64,000 nucleotides of DNA from Guillardia theta CCMP2712 (Eukaryota; Protista; Cryptophyta): positions 466,190 through 530,189 of the forward strand of contig NW_005434643.1 of assembly GCF_000315625.1 (NCBI RefSeq), in the 5' to 3' direction. Position 1 is the stretch's first letter, and the number at the start of each line of letters is the position of its first letter. The translations under genes and the position numbers were made by a program. The notes under the pieces were generated by a model. It saw only the letters and a program-made list of their open reading frames with translations. It did not search any database and was not told the DNA's origin. Shown here in pieces: positions 45,677 through 59,506 of this stretch.

Positions 45677-48185
45677 ACCGTCTCTACCCGTAGCTTTCTC
45701 CTTCCTCTCCTCTCATGTCCTCCTCGCCCTCCTGCCTTCCTCGCTAGTGGTCTTGAATAAACACGGTCTCTCCTCCGGCATCTCCTCTCGCAGCGATCAG
45801 GCATATCAACTAGCCTGGCCTGCCAGGCGTCCATTTCCCTTCCAACCCCTCCCCTCTCCTTCCCCCAGCCTCTCAAACTCCTCACCTCCTCACAAATGAC
45901 ACCGCCATATTACAATAGGTTGGGAGAAGCCTCAAAAAACGCAATCATGGCAAAGCAACAGGAAGTCTCTTGAAATATGTTTCTTATTCAACCGACGAAG
46001 CATTCAGGTAAAGGAAGCTAGGGCGTCAACACAACAAGGAGAATCGAATTTCCTTCATGTCTTCGAAGGTTGCTTCTCTGATCGGTTCCCTTCATGTTTC
46101 CCTTCTTCTGGAAGTGAACAACCATCACCTATAGCTGATGAGTGCTTTGGTACGCAAGTGCAAATTTCGATGAGATGCATACCTTACACATTCAACCTAC
46201 TATAGGTGTGATTCTCAGCCAAGAATTGAGCTGTTTGATCTCAGTACTTGCCTGGCAGTCTCAGGAGTTAGCATTGAGGGGCCATGGTCCTTGACTGCGC
46301 TCAGCAGCTGAGCAAACAGTCCCTGAGTACATTGGGAGTAGTGGGATAGGGAAGAGACGGGGCAAGTGTGAGGTCGTTTACAAGTGTTTTAGATTGATAC
46401 GAGAAGTTTGCACTACCCCCTACCCCTCAACACGGGCTGGAGGCCGTTGGAAAGATTCAAATCATTTGAATACCTACCCCGAGCCACCTCATGATTATTT
46501 AGTCAACTATACACGCCTATTCATATCAAATAGAGGAAGGTTTTGCTCAACATTGCCCTTCTTGTCTTGGATGGCCCGGCAGCCCCTGGCAACGAAAAAG
46601 GTACATAAATTGACGGAGCCAACATTTTTAGCTCAATTTTCTCTTGCCGCTTGAATTTGACTAAAACTACTATGAGAACCACCCTGGTTAACTGATCCGA
46701 CAAGGATACGGAACGGCAACGCTATGTATATCCCGAGCGCAACCCCGGCGACGGTGGCCCAGTGGCAAGAGCCGCACACTGACAACTGCGGCAGTGCAGC
46801 CAAGGTTACGCCGCGGCCCGGGCCCGGGGATTCAACTTGCCAAGTTGGGCCGTTCTCTCATTGATCACTACTACCGTCCGTTTCCGGGACTCGGGAACTA
46901 CTCAGGCTCAGCCGCGAAGTTTCCCGATGGGACAATTCAGTGACTTGAAACCACAGGCAGACACTGAGTGACGCCGCTGTGACGAATCACTGTCATCAGC
47001 CGATCATCGCCGATACCTTCAAGGCTTCCTTCATTACCGTGCGGTCACCAGTAGTACAGCACCGTGCCTGGCAGTGGCCAGGCACTGACCTGGCAGTACG
47101 GCTCAGTGACCGTGAGTTGACAGTGAGCACTGGCAGATCGGACCGTACGGGACTGTCTGTCCACAGTGCAGTGCCAGCTTTCAAGCCGGGCCTGATGTGA
47201 CCACTGCGGCTGCTCAGATGCCCGATGATGCGGCTAAAAGCCGTTCAACGGTTGCAGTGCGATCGGATCGTCCGATCAAACATCGAGTCACGGTCACCGT
47301 CCGATGAGTCAAACAGTGCCACCGTTGAACAGTGCTGTGATGAAACATCGGGTTACCACTTGCCATGCCATGATGCGTGGTCCGAGGATCTCATCATAGT
47401 AGGCAGGCGGCCCGCGATGCGCTATGGACGGCGAACATCGGAACTTGCCACCCGGAAAGACAGACGGTGACTCAGCCTTTGAGTCGAGCCTCGTCACGCT
47501 ACAATTAATATGCTGAGTCACACACGTGAATTATATATAATTATGCATAATTTGCAGTTTCTTTATTGCGGTAGGTCCGAGTCCGGTCGGAATCATCATT
47601 CCAATGGCTACCGCGACGCAGAATCGGCATGGCGCAATGGGATCCGGAGGGAGCGGGCAAAGAGATCATCACTGCTCTGACATGACCTGTGTGTGTTGCT
47701 GAGAAGCAGTGAGTAGAGCTGTGAGTTCTGTGGACCCTTCTGCCTTGGAGGAGTGTGGGCATGCTTTATCGTTCCTCTTGCCTCCCTCGGAAGAGTCGGA
47801 GCATGCATTACATGGAGCCCTGCTTGTTTGAGTTTGCCAGAAAGAGCATAATCGCTATGAATCCCCTTGTGTGTACCATCCGCAGCCTATCATCTTGTGA
47901 TGGCCGAGCCAGTGAGAATTTACCTTCATGTACGACACGATGTTCGCCGCTGGTTCCGGCCTGCGAGATCCGTGCGGTCCTCGGGGCTCATCTCAACGAA
48001 CTTGAGCCATGAGCACCTTGTATCCTGACTTGTTTTGACGAGTGGGAGAGGTTTGATGGAAGTGAAGTACTAGCCGTTAGTTAAAATTCAACATGTAAAT
48101 TTCGAGATCAGCAATGCTTTTCAATCTTGATCCCCAATAGCATGGTGGAGTAAGAGTAGAAGGAGATCGCTAGCGACATGTAGAT

Positions 48186-51100
48186 TTGGAGCTTCACTTC
48201 CCTGCTGACGCCTTTTTCCGCTCTTTCCTCTGCATTATCGTTGACGCTGACGCATCTGCTAGGGAGGTTAAGGATGGAGTACAGCGTGAACGAGGAGTTT
48301 GTCCGCCAGGTCTCAGCGCAGTGGGGAGGGACAAGGTCTCGAGACGTGAACAGCATCCTGGAGATAGTGGAGAGGTAAAGGAGTGTGGAGCAAGAATAGG
48401 GCTGACGACCGTATCAAGGCTGTGGGGGCACTTCTTCAGCGGGGATGTGGCTCCAAGTGACGGGGAGAAGATAAGGCTTGCGGCAAAGCTGATCACGAGA
48501 TGCGACGCAAACTCGGACGGGCTGCTGAATTTAGAGTCGTTCCTTGAGTGGTACAGGATCACAGTCGACATATGGCCGTTGATCAAGAAGACGGTCAAGA
48601 GCAAGATAGTATGTGACGATCATGTTTTAACCCGCAATTGATCTGTTCTTCTCCAGATCACAGCATCGAATACAACGTTGACATGGGACGATAATCTTAT
48701 CTTGGCAAAGGTAGCGTTCGATGACAATGATGAAGATGACTGCGGTAGAGTAAGTCAGGAGGTACGCTTGGTTTTTGGCGGGGCAGCACCAGTGTGTAAC
48801 TCGCTTGCTCATGTACAGAAAATCCTCAAGGTTGCAGATGTAGTCCTTGACAACTTGAGTGAGGAGCAGAACATCACAAAGCTTGAGAGGATCAAACTCT
48901 GCGAAGATCTCCTCAACTACAGAGAAGACAAGAACGACGACAGGATCACCTTCCCTGCCTTCTGCTCCTGGTACTCCAGCATCGAAGGGAAGCTGCTGGG
49001 CATTCGTGCACTTGCTGCCAAGCAGATGGTGGCGCGAGAAGGGATGCAGGTAGTTTGAGATGAGGATGACAGCGCAAGAGACTGACATTCCCGCAGGCGT
49101 TGAGCCAGCACAGCTCGCCGATGGCAAGGGAAAGCTCTGTGCTGGACTCGCAGTCGAAACAACAAGACATGCTCGTGAAACGCAAACTCTTCGCCTCGAG
49201 GGAATCGCACAACGAGACTCCCACCAAACCTCTGCCTCGACCTCCTTCTCCTGCCCGAGAACATGTCGCTAGCATGCGCACCCCAGCTCACATGGAAGGA
49301 TCCAGAAACGTCTCGTCACCGTCGATTCACGTGGAAGGATCCAGAAACTCTCCATCGGTCTCTGCTCATGTAGACGAGGGGTTTAGAAACATCTCTCCGT
49401 CTCTCTCTGGTGGGGCCCTGTCTCACAATGGGCTAATCCCCCCAGAGTCTTCAGGCGCAAGGTCATCAGGCAACCATATCAGAGATCAAAGCCTGGACTA
49501 CGCTCCTGACTTGACGGCAACGTCTTTGCTTGACCAGCAGTCGGCGCCTCTTGACAACTCTTCTCCTTCGAGAGTCAAGAACATCGCCAAGTCCTTCTCG
49601 GTCGGGCCGATCGCTCAGCTGGACCTGTCGAAGCTCAAGACGGATGAGTCGGACGAGGGCGCGTCAAACAAATCCCCCACTCATGGCGCCGACGACATTC
49701 TGCAGCGTCTGGCCCGACTGAACATCACACCCAGGAAGTCGGAGATGTCAAACCTGCAGCCTCCCACGGAAGTTGAGAAGATTCGCATCGAAGAGAGGAT
49801 CGACGAGCTGCTGCAGAGCAGGTCGAGGTGGAGCGAGGGGAGGGAGCCGGCGATGCCGGGCTTCCAGAGCACCTCTTCCCTCATACACACGCTGCAGGAG
49901 CGCAAGCCTCTTCCCAGCATCTCCATAGCCACAGAGGCTGAGCTGTCTGCGGCTGACATCAAGTACTCCAGCACCTCCGTGTTGCGATCTCAGACCCCCA
50001 GGAGCTCCGACGCCTCGACGCGCTTTGACAACTCGCGGCCTCATGCCATCGTGACGTCAGACACGAGCACCTACACCCCCAGAAGCTCCGCCAGCCGATC
50101 TCATGTCGTCATCAACCCCGAGGAATACTCGCTGAGCTCATCGCCTTTCTCGGCCAAGGTGGAGGACGAGCTAATCGAGTTCTACAAGATCTACAACCCT
50201 CACAAGCTCGCCCACATAGTGCAAGTAGCGCAGAGGTACCGCAACGACAGGCGGGGCCTGAACCAGGCGCTGCGAGACAGGTATGGCACCGACCTCGATA
50301 GCCTGCGAAAGACTCGCCTCGCCTTCCCTCGAGACACCCCGAGGGGTCAGGAGTCCTCGTTCGGCTCCCCCGTACGAGTTCCGAGGAACACGGGAACAGA
50401 TCAGAACTTTGCGGAACGATCAAGAGGAGGCGGGGGTGACACGGGCGACAAGATCTTCCGACTCTTTGGGGTTCGGCTTGTGCGGCGACATGACAGAGAT
50501 CACGGGACCGGCTACATCGCCATCTCTGAGGTCCATCCATCCAGGTGAGCGAAGGAGGGAAGTAGAGAAGGGATGAGAGAAGCGGGAAGCAGCAGGGGAA
50601 GTTAAGGGTTGAGGCTGAGATTGTGTGATTGGAAGAGGGGTGGGGTTTGGGGGGGGGGATGGAAGGGCAGAGGAGGACGAGGACGACGACGAGAAGGAAG
50701 GCGGCGGAGGAGGAAGGCGGAAAGGGGGGGGGATGGGGGAGGGGGGATGGAAGAGGAAGGGAAGGGAGGGCTGCGTGTGAGGACGCTGCAGGTCCTACAC
50801 CGGGCTGGAGGCTGACCAGGAGGTGATCATGGTCAACAACCGGCGGGTGCGAGGGGAGGCAGTGGGGGACCTGGTGCGGTACATGGGGATAGAGACGGAG
50901 AATAGCTTGCTGCTGGAAGTGAAGCGAGGGTCCAAGGTCGTGTCGGTGAGCCTTGAGGGGGGAGGGTTGAGGGCAAGACGTGAGGGTCTGAACAGGTCCG
51001 CCTCCCTCGAGGGTCGTTCCAAGAGACGAGGACGGAGATGAATTACCAAGCGGTGAGTGGAGGAGAGGAGAGGAGAGGGGAAGGGAGAGCAGAGCAAAAG

Positions 51101-51512
51101 TGGTGGTGGAGGTGGACATGATTGATGAAAGGAGGTTGAGCAGCACGAGCACGAGCACGAAGAGTGGGGGAGTAGGAAACCGACTACTTCTGACAGCAGC
51201 TCTCGCAGGATTTCTCTCCTTCACGTGTCCGTACCAGCACTGTGTACCTCCAGCCCGGGACGCCACCAGGAAGGAGCGTCAGTCCCATCTCCTTCATCCA
51301 GCCTTCCATGGAACTTGGGGGATATTTCCATGGCGGCGGCCACGTGCCCGAAGCCTCCTGGTCCCCCATGCAGAGCCCCAGAGGAGAGTTTCGGCCTGTC
51401 AGCCCGATGATGGGGCATCCGCTCTCCATGCAGCCTCCCGCCTTCAACCAGCCGATTCCTATGATCTTCAGCTCGGGGTATGGCAACATGAGCCCGAGAA
51501 ACAGCAGGTGGT
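48186..51512 (+). CDS. Large multi-exon protein with EF-hand-like motifs, Ser-rich linker and PDZ-like domain; ends uncertain
   Basis: DANSDGLLNLESF; DKNDDRITFPAF; helical module LIEFYKIYNPHKL...L.DRYG; PDZ-like FGVRL...IAISEVHP...IMVNNRRV...LLLEVKRG. Confidence 0.6.
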
Positions 51513-51628
51513 GAGGGGTAGGAAGAGAGGGAAGAGAACGAGGAGGAGGAGGAGGAGGAGGGAGGAGGAGGAGGAGGAGGAGGAGGAGGAGGAGGAGGAG
51601 GAGGAGGAGGAGGAGGAGGAGGAGGAGG

Positions 51629-51728
51629 NNNNNNNNNNNNNNNNNNNNNNNNNNNNNNNNNNNNNNNNNNNNNNNNNNNNNNNNNNNNNNNNNNNNNNNN
51701 NNNNNNNNNNNNNNNNNNNNNNNNNNNN
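51629..51728. other. Assembly gap (100 N)
   Basis: N run after (GAG)n. Confidence 1.
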
Positions 51729-52355
51729 TTCAGGTAATTAGAGATGAACCCTCAAAATCCTATTATACATCCATTGGGCTCTATTCAATTTCATGTTTCA
51801 AATCTCACTTTCTCAAGGTGGTATTGCTTAAATATGAATTAGTCTAGCTCTCACACATAATTTTTAGTAGCTTAAAAACAGCTAAAAAACGTGTTTATTG
51901 CTCCCTGACGAATCAAATTAGACCGGTTTCATCTGAAACTTTTGCAGTCATGTAGTAACGGGTTTTGTGGTTTCATTAACACTAAAAGTGTACAAATCTT
52001 TTCCAGTATATCGTCAGTTATGCTTAATCTTAGTTTTATGACGCAGTTTTTCAAACAACAGTATGTATGGGCAGCAAAGTTTCCAGCATCCTCCATGTTG
52101 TTGAGCCAACATAGAGAATACTTCTTCTTGTCAGGTACCCAGAATCTTTTAACTAGCATAGCTATCAAATCAGTATCAAAACGTGGTGGAGGAGGAGGAG
52201 GAGGAGGAGGAGGAGGAGAAAGTGGAGAGGATAGTATACTAGGAATAAAGATGCAAACAAGGGAGGGACGCAAGTCAAGTAGGAATTCCAGCTCTGAGAG
52301 ATCTCTTGTGGATGTAAACTGCCGTCTTAGCGATGAGATTCTGCAAATCCGATAA

Positions 52356-54854
52356 TCAAAACAAGTGTCGAGCAGCAGCAGAGGCGGCAGCGGCAGCGGC
52401 AGCGGCAGCGGCAGCGGCAGCGGCAACAGCAGCGGCGGCAGACGCAAGGAACCTGGTTGAATCGATGCAGGAAGACTTCTTCTTCGACGACGAGGACCTC
52501 GAGGTCGAGGAGCTGCGGGGTTGACCCTTGACATCCCTTAGGCTCTCGTGGGGGGCAGGAGGAGGAGACTCACCTAGAGCACGGGAAGAGACCACGAGCA
52601 GGTGCCGAGCTGAGTCAAACCGGTGTCGTTCTGCGATGGTTGGATCAGGAACGAGGAGGGAAGAGGAGAGAATGGGGGAGCGAGAAGGCAGCGAGACGAT
52701 GAGAGGTGACGGAGAGGAGGAGATGGAAGAAAAGGAGATAGAAGATCGGGTGAGGTGGGGAGGCAACGAGAGCATGGTACGGAGACAGAACAAGGAGAGG
52801 AAAAGGAGGAGTAGGAGGAGGAGGAGGAGGAGGAGGAGGAGGAGGAGGAAGATGTCCGTACCTTTCCAGTAGTCAGCGGCAGACTCTGAGTCGGTGAGGA
52901 AGAGGACGAAGAAGTCAGGGGAAGCAGCGGCGTGAGCCAAGTCGGAAGCGACAGCGACGCGGAGGCCACAACTCTCTAGGAAGGAGACGAGCGGGGAAAG
53001 TGTCTCGAGCGCCTGCCCGTGCGAGTCTGTGAAGACCTGCCAGGATGAGTGAGGAGAAAGAAGTAGAGGAAGAGGAAGAGGAAGAGGAAGAGGAAGAGGA
53101 AGAGGAAGAGGAAGAGGAAGAGGAAGAGGAAGAGGAAGAGGAAGAGGAAGGGGGGGGGCGGAGGGTTGCTGAAGCGGGAGCAGGAGAGTAGAGGAGGAGC
53201 TAAAAGAAGCTGAGGGGTAGAGAGAAGTAAAGTAGAACATGTCGAAAGGGGAAGCAGAAGCTATAGGACGATGATGATCGCAAGGAGCAGGATCAGGAAT
53301 AAAGACTGACATGCAGGCTCAAGTCCATTCGGCGAAACTCCTCTGCAATGAGAAACAAGGGCTGCAGATAAGAATCACAAGAGAAAAGCAGAGCAGAGCA
53401 GAGCAGAGCAGAGCACAAGAGGAGGGAGGACGGGACAGCAGAGGAGGAAAGAGAGAGGAGAGGGGAGGAGAGACAGGACAGGAGAGGACAGGAGAGCAAG
53501 CGAGGACCAGGAGCTCCGATGAGTGATGAAGACGACAGTCAAGAAATCGCCACAGGACGGCAGGGGCGTTAAGGAAGAGAAACAGGGCAATGATCTGCGT
53601 TGGTCGAGGTCAGCTGAGAGGGGAGCTGGGGGAAAAGAACAGAGAGAGATCACTTGTAGGAAAGAGAAGTATGGAGGATAAACGTGAAACTGCAAAAATG
53701 TCAACAGGAACACACTGCATCAGCTTCTCCCCTCCAGTTTCCCTCCTGTTTCCCCTCCCTCCTCCTCCTCCCCTCCCCCCCCCCTCCCCCCTGCTTCCAG
53801 CATCCTCCTCGCACCAGCTCGTTGCTTGTCAGTAGTCGACCTGACAGGCATCCCTTGCAGACATAGCTCGGAGGAGGAAACTCAGCGGGAGCACCGGCAT
53901 CCTGTTCGAGTTGGTCAGCAGCAAGGAGGAGACAATGAGGACGAAAGCACAAGTGGAGGAAAGAGAGGAAGAGAAGGAGGAGGAGGACCGGGGGAGGTTT
54001 GGGGGGAGACGGATCCGAACATCATGAGAAAGAGAAGGAGAGGATGGAGGAGAAAAGGAAAGGGAAGAGAGAAAGACAGTGAAACGGAAGAGGACTAGCA
54101 CGAGGCCAGGGGCAAAACTCAGGTCAAGGAGCATGAAGAGAGGGTGAGGGAAAGAGGAGGTTTCTTGAAATAGGAAGAGAGAGAGGCAGAAACTGAGAGG
54201 AGGGAGGGGGGAGGGGGGAGGGGGGAGGGGGGAGGGGGGAGGGGGGAAGGAAGAGGAGGAGAAGGAGGAGGAGGAGGAGGAGGAGGAGGAGGAGGAGACC
54301 GAGGGCGGACTCCAGCTGCTGCCATCAGTAAATACGCAACGGGCCCCTTCGACCGTGAACCCCCAGCACCCTGCACGCGACCTACAGGTCTCGCAACAGA
54401 TCTGACGCCGTCTTCTCAGCTGGGAAAGGACTCTCCCGCCCTCCCTCCCCCTTACCTGAAAGGTCGCCCAGCACGTCCCCACCACGACCTCAGCAGCTGT
54501 GAAGTTTGCGGGGGAGAATAGGGGCGGCTGATAGGACAAGCCCAGACCTGTCAGCTGGCAAGTGCCGTACTGACTGCCGAAGATTCGCGAGTAGGAAGAG
54601 AAAGTGTCGCCGCAGTAGGGGCCGAGGAGGATGAAACCGCCGATGCAGACCTCGAAAAGAAGGACCGCTAGACCCAGCCACGAGACGCCGAACATCCTTC
54701 CCAGCTCGAAGTGAACCTGCTCAAACTTCTCAGAACCTTGCTGCAAGGGTCAGCCAGGGCACACCTGGGTTCGCTGGGTCTGCGAGGAGAAGGAAGAAGC
54801 AAGTGGAGCAGGAGTGAGCTCGACGTCGTCGGAGCGCGTGAGAGGAGGCGAAGA

Positions 54855-54888
<34 letters not shown>

Positions 54889-56813
54889 ATGCTGGACTTT
54901 GCAAGGTAAAACCAGCCGTTGCGGAGGGAGTGGGAAGGAGGAAAGAGCTTTCCGGAGAAGGAGAAATTGACGTGACCCTGCAGGCCGCACAAGGAGACAG
55001 TGGACCCGGTCCTGGAAGAGCAGATCCCGTACGAGAGGGAGGTAGGGAGGGTGAAGCTGCTGTAGGCAGGGGGGGAGGAGGCCCACCACTGTGTCAGGAG
55101 CGCCTCCTCCTCCGATCCCTCCTCCGGGTGGAGATACAGCGAGTCTATCAGCTGCAGGAGCAGCTTCGGGCAGCTCACAACTCTGAAGCCCAGCCGTCTC
55201 AGCGCCTCCTCCATCCTGTCCACGTGGTTCGCCTCCAGGGTCCTGCCATGGATGGAAGCGAGCCAGTCCGCTGACCTGTCAAGGTAGAAGATAGAGCGAC
55301 TCCGCGGGCCACGGAGAGCTTCGAGGATGTGGACGCAGTCGGAGGAGGAGCAGATGAGATCGGGGGAGAGGACGATGAGCTGGAAGCAGGACCTGCTCAC
55401 CGCATGCATAATCTGCCTCCCCCTCTTCTCTGCGTTCTGCACGTACGAGCTGCTGGTCCAAACATTGACCCCTCCCTCCCTCAGCGCTGCCTCGAGGGTC
55501 TCCATGAGCCCACTCGACTTCGCCCTCCTCCCCATTGCCAGGCAGAGCTGAAACCCCTTGACCGGCATCACCTGCCGCAGAGCCAGCATCCTCCCCACCC
55601 TTCGAGCCCGTCGGAGAGAGAAGATAGCGACGTAGATGAAGATGATCTGGAAAAGGAACGAAACATAGAAGGAGAGGTTCCCCCGCTGCACGAAGAGGTC
55701 AGGGGAGCGAGCGAGCGAGCGCAGACAGTCGTCCCACCTGGTTGGACGCAAGGATAAGGAATGTGATCGATCCTGGAGTAGCGCTTCCGTTTTCATCAGG
55801 ATAGATCAAGCCGAAGAAGAGGATGACGAGGATAGCGTACAAGAAGAACATGGCAGTGAATCGAATGAGCATCTCAATCACCTGCCAACACAGCACAGGA
55901 ATCATCAGGAGCAGCAACATACTTCATATCCTACCTCCCAGCCGTAGTAGTCTCCAAGGATCAATATCTTTCCTCCTCGGATCTTAGTAACGATGGTTCC
56001 AACAGGAAGGGCAGGCTCAAACATGAAGGCAGCTGCGAGCTGGTCGCTTGCCTTGCCGAAGGAGGAGGATACAACTTGCATCCACTTCTCCTCCTCCCCT
56101 TCCACTGCCTCATCCCCATCCCCATCCCCATCCCCGTCCCTGACTTTCGAAACGATCTCCCGCGCCCCTCCATCCTGATAGAACTCGATCACGGCATCTC
56201 GCACTCCTCCTGGTATCGTGTGCGTCCATCGCTCCATGCCGGCAGCAGCTCCAGTCACCTTCTCCACACGAGCACCAGTGACGCATCCTCTTCCATCCAC
56301 TGTCGTCGAGAAGCTTCCGAGCTCTCCAGGGATGCTGGCAGCGACCACCGCGGCTGTTCCCTCCCCTTTCTGTAGGATGGATGTCCGGATCTCTCCCCTG
56401 GTCAACCCAGGAACAAGCTCCTCGAGCAGACTGATTGCGTGATCCATTGACGCTCCTTCCTGTGCTCCTTCATCCTCCATGTCCAAGACATCGTAGTCGA
56501 AGCGCTCTACCACCCCGCTGCTTGCAAGGGAAGTGAGTATACGGAGAAGGCCTCCAGTGCCAGGAGTCCTGACGGTGCCCTGGTCCGTAGGAGGCGTTGA
56601 CGCTCTTGCTGTCCCTGGAGGAGGATGATAACGTCGGAATCGATCTCGGTGGACCTCCCTCTCTCCTCCCTCCCCCGACTCAAGGAAGCCGCCTTGCTGC
56701 GGGTTGAGAATAGCGGGGGCAGGGTCTATACTGGACTCAATGGGCTGAGGACGAGGAGGAGGAAGCTCCTCGCCATGGAGCACAAGGTCATCCTGATCGT
56801 CGTCGTTCTGCAT
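52356..56813 (-). CDS. Multi-pass membrane protein with TIR-like domain(s) and a PAN/apple-like Cys module; exon structure approximate
   Basis: TM helices ~55610-55880; TIR-like LEAALREGGVNVW...IMHAVSRSCFQLIVLSPDLICSSSDC; PAN-like CCETCRSRAGCWGFT...CVF; second alpha/beta module LVSFLESCGLRVAV...FFVLFLT. Confidence 0.55.
53066..53148. repeat. (GAAGAG)n intronic hexamer repeat
   Basis: Directly visible. Confidence 0.9.
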
Positions 56814-57780
56814 GCCGGGGGTTGCGATAGCTCTCAGCGCCTCGCCCGTTGCCCCTCAACTATCCTGCGCCATCACCATGTTCCTTCAATTCAACAAGCA
56901 AGCCCGCCTCATCGTTCAGATAGTGACTCAGTCAGGTCCGGGTGAGCCTGTGAGCGGCGGGCGCCGCCCCGGCGGCCGCGCCCGCCCCGGCCCGGCCCGG
57001 GGGACCGTCTGAGTGGGCCGGCACCCGGTGACCGCCGGTGAGCGTGGCACGATGGCCCTCGCCGCAGGCGGGCGGCCCGGCTCTGGCCGCAGTTCAACGG
57101 TTGTCTGCCAGAACTGTTGGCCCTCCGAGTTCATTTGCCACCGTGACTGTTGCGGTCCGATCCCGGGACTCCGATCGGATCGGATCATCCGCGATCGGAT
57201 GAGGGCCCTGCAGTGCCCGGGCCTTTACTACATGACTCACTGAAGTTAAACTGGAGTCCGAGCCGGGCGGCTATCCGATGATGGCATCATGATCGGACTC
57301 AGTGATGTCCGAGGGTCAACCGCCGGCGCCGGGCGGCGCCGAGTCACTGCGCCCCCGGCTTCCGTCAGCGGAAGTTCCGGGGGCCCGGGAGGAACTTAAG
57401 GAAAAGACTCCGAGGAGCGTGGCGCCATGATGCCCAGCCTCGGACTCCCGCCGGGGATACGCTGAAGCCAGTGACGGTTCAGAGAATGAAGCCTGAAGGC
57501 TGATGATACAATAGTTTAGGGTTTTAGGCTGATAATGATACACGGCTCTCATGACTGTGTCATAAACAGATTCTGTGCCACGGAAGTGTGAGAGGCAAAT
57601 AGTCTCACCAGAAGTCAAGATCAATCTAGAACGGATCATTTGTACAATGAACCGTATACACGAGGCAAATCTGAGGAGTCGGATTCGAAGGGATGAGCCT
57701 CTTGTTTTAAAAGCGTTTATGTCGTATGTACGGTCCTATACTGACTGATCTATGTTACATCACCCCTGGCATACTGATCA

Positions 57781-58143
57781 TCAGATAGCGTCCAGACCAG
57801 GCAGCCTCCTCCCGTCCACGCTCCCCCCTGCCTCTCTCTGTAGCCTCTTGATGTACCCTATCGAGTGCTCCAGCGCCCTTAGCTGCCTCCGCTTCGTCCA
57901 CGACAGCTTCCCGTACCTCTCCTCCAAGTTCCCTGCCTCGAGCCCCTTGGTCGCGTCGCTGCTGATGGGCTGCTCGCTCGCGTCCTCTGCGCCAGACGAT
58001 GCTGAGACGTCAGGGGACGGGATCTCGTCCGGGGTCTGGCTGTCGGAAAGGGAGGGGGAGCACAAGTCGAGGGGCGTTGATGCATGTGCTGCGGCGGTCT
58101 GGATGAAGACGGCGCGGTCGGTGGCGAAGGAGTTGATGCACAT
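57781..58143 (-). CDS. Small hypothetical protein, family copy 1
   Basis: 120-aa ORF nearly identical to copies 2 and 3. Confidence 0.6.
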   Translation of the reverse strand: MCINSFATDRAVFIQTAAAHASTPLDLCSPSLSDSQTPDEIPSPDVSASSGAEDASEQPISSDATKGLEAGNLEERYGKLSWTKRRQLRALEHSIGYIKRLQREAGGSVDGRRLPGLDAI

Positions 58144-59101
58144 GGTGAGGTAAGGGAGGAGGAGGTGGGGAGGAGGAGGAGGAGGAGTAGAGAGGAGGGA
58201 GGGAGGGAAGGGAGGAAAGCAGGGATGGACGGAGTTTATGTTTGGGGACCAGACAGGGATATTTCCTCAGTCGGGGAGCGGAAATCCGTCACAAGTAGGA
58301 TGACGGGGTCGTCAACCAGTCTCTAAGGGGGGTGGAAGGGTGGTACAGAAACTGAGAATCCGAGCCCGAATCGAAGAGAGTGGAGTCGCCGTCATGCTTC
58401 TTCGTGTCAGTCACTTCTCGTAGGAAATTCCCGAACCGTTGCCTTTTCTCGCTCCGGGACGCAGTCAACCCCGGTTTAACTTCACGGTTGTAACTCACAT
58501 GGCCGGTCATCACGGGCGGCGGCCCCGCACAGCCTGTGACAGTCACGGGCCGGCGATTCTGCTCCTGAAAGCCACATTTAGACTGATGTTGAAAGTACGT
58601 TGGACTCACATTCGGGAAACAGCACTGCTTCAAACCCTCGGCGATTCGGGTAATTCCGACTGAAGGTGGAGGAGCCGCTGAAACGAAAAGGAGAGAGGTG
58701 GGAGGCAGGAACCGGTGCCACCTTGAAGCATGACAGCGACTGAGGCCGCTTCATGTCAGGAACCCTCTGACTTGTCGTCAGCGGGATGTTTCTGCTCACG
58801 GAGTCCTTGTATGACTGAGATGTTCAGATACACCTGTCCCAGTAGTAAACTGTCCGATACGGTCAGTACCAGAAATACCCCACCCCCACCCCTTCTTTTG
58901 TACTATTACGTGCCTTCGAAGCTTTCCCTGTGCTTTGCTATATAAACAAGAGGTTTCCGGACTGAAGGAACTGCAACCTGAAGGCACACGCAGACCCAAG
59001 CCGCTGAGCCCTCCGCTCTCCGAGAGCGTTGAGAGGCAAAGCTCCTCCCTTCCCTCCCACTTCACTTCCTTCCTTCCTTCCTCTCCTCCTCCTCCCTTAC
59101 C

Positions 59102-59506
59102 ATGTGCATCAACACCTTCGCCATCGACCGCGCCGTCTTCATCCAGACCGCCGCCGCACATGCATCAACGCCCCTCGACTTGTGCTCCCCCTCCCTTTCC
59201 GACAGCCAGACCCCGGACGAGACCCCGTCCCCTGACGTCTCAGCATCGCCCGGCGCAGAGGACGCGAGCGAGCAGCCCATCAGCAGCGACGCGACCAAGG
59301 GGCTCGAGGCAGGAAACTTGGAGGAGAAGTACGGGAAGCTGTCGTGGACGAAGCGGAGGCAGCTGAGGGCGCTGGAGCACTCGATAGGGTACATCGAGAG
59401 GCTACAGAGAGAGGCAGGGGGGAGCGTGGACGGGAGGAGGCTGCCCGGCCTTCAGGTGCTTCGCTTTTGCGAAAGTTCGAGCTGTTCAACGATTAGGACT
59501 CTATAG
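59102..59506 (+). CDS. Small hypothetical protein, family copy 2
   Basis: accATG start; TATATAAA at ~58940; 134 aa. Confidence 0.6.
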   Translation: MCINTFAIDRAVFIQTAAAHASTPLDLCSPSLSDSQTPDETPSPDVSASPGAEDASEQPISSDATKGLEAGNLEEKYGKLSWTKRRQLRALEHSIGYIERLQREAGGSVDGRRLPGLQVLRFCESSSCSTIRTL

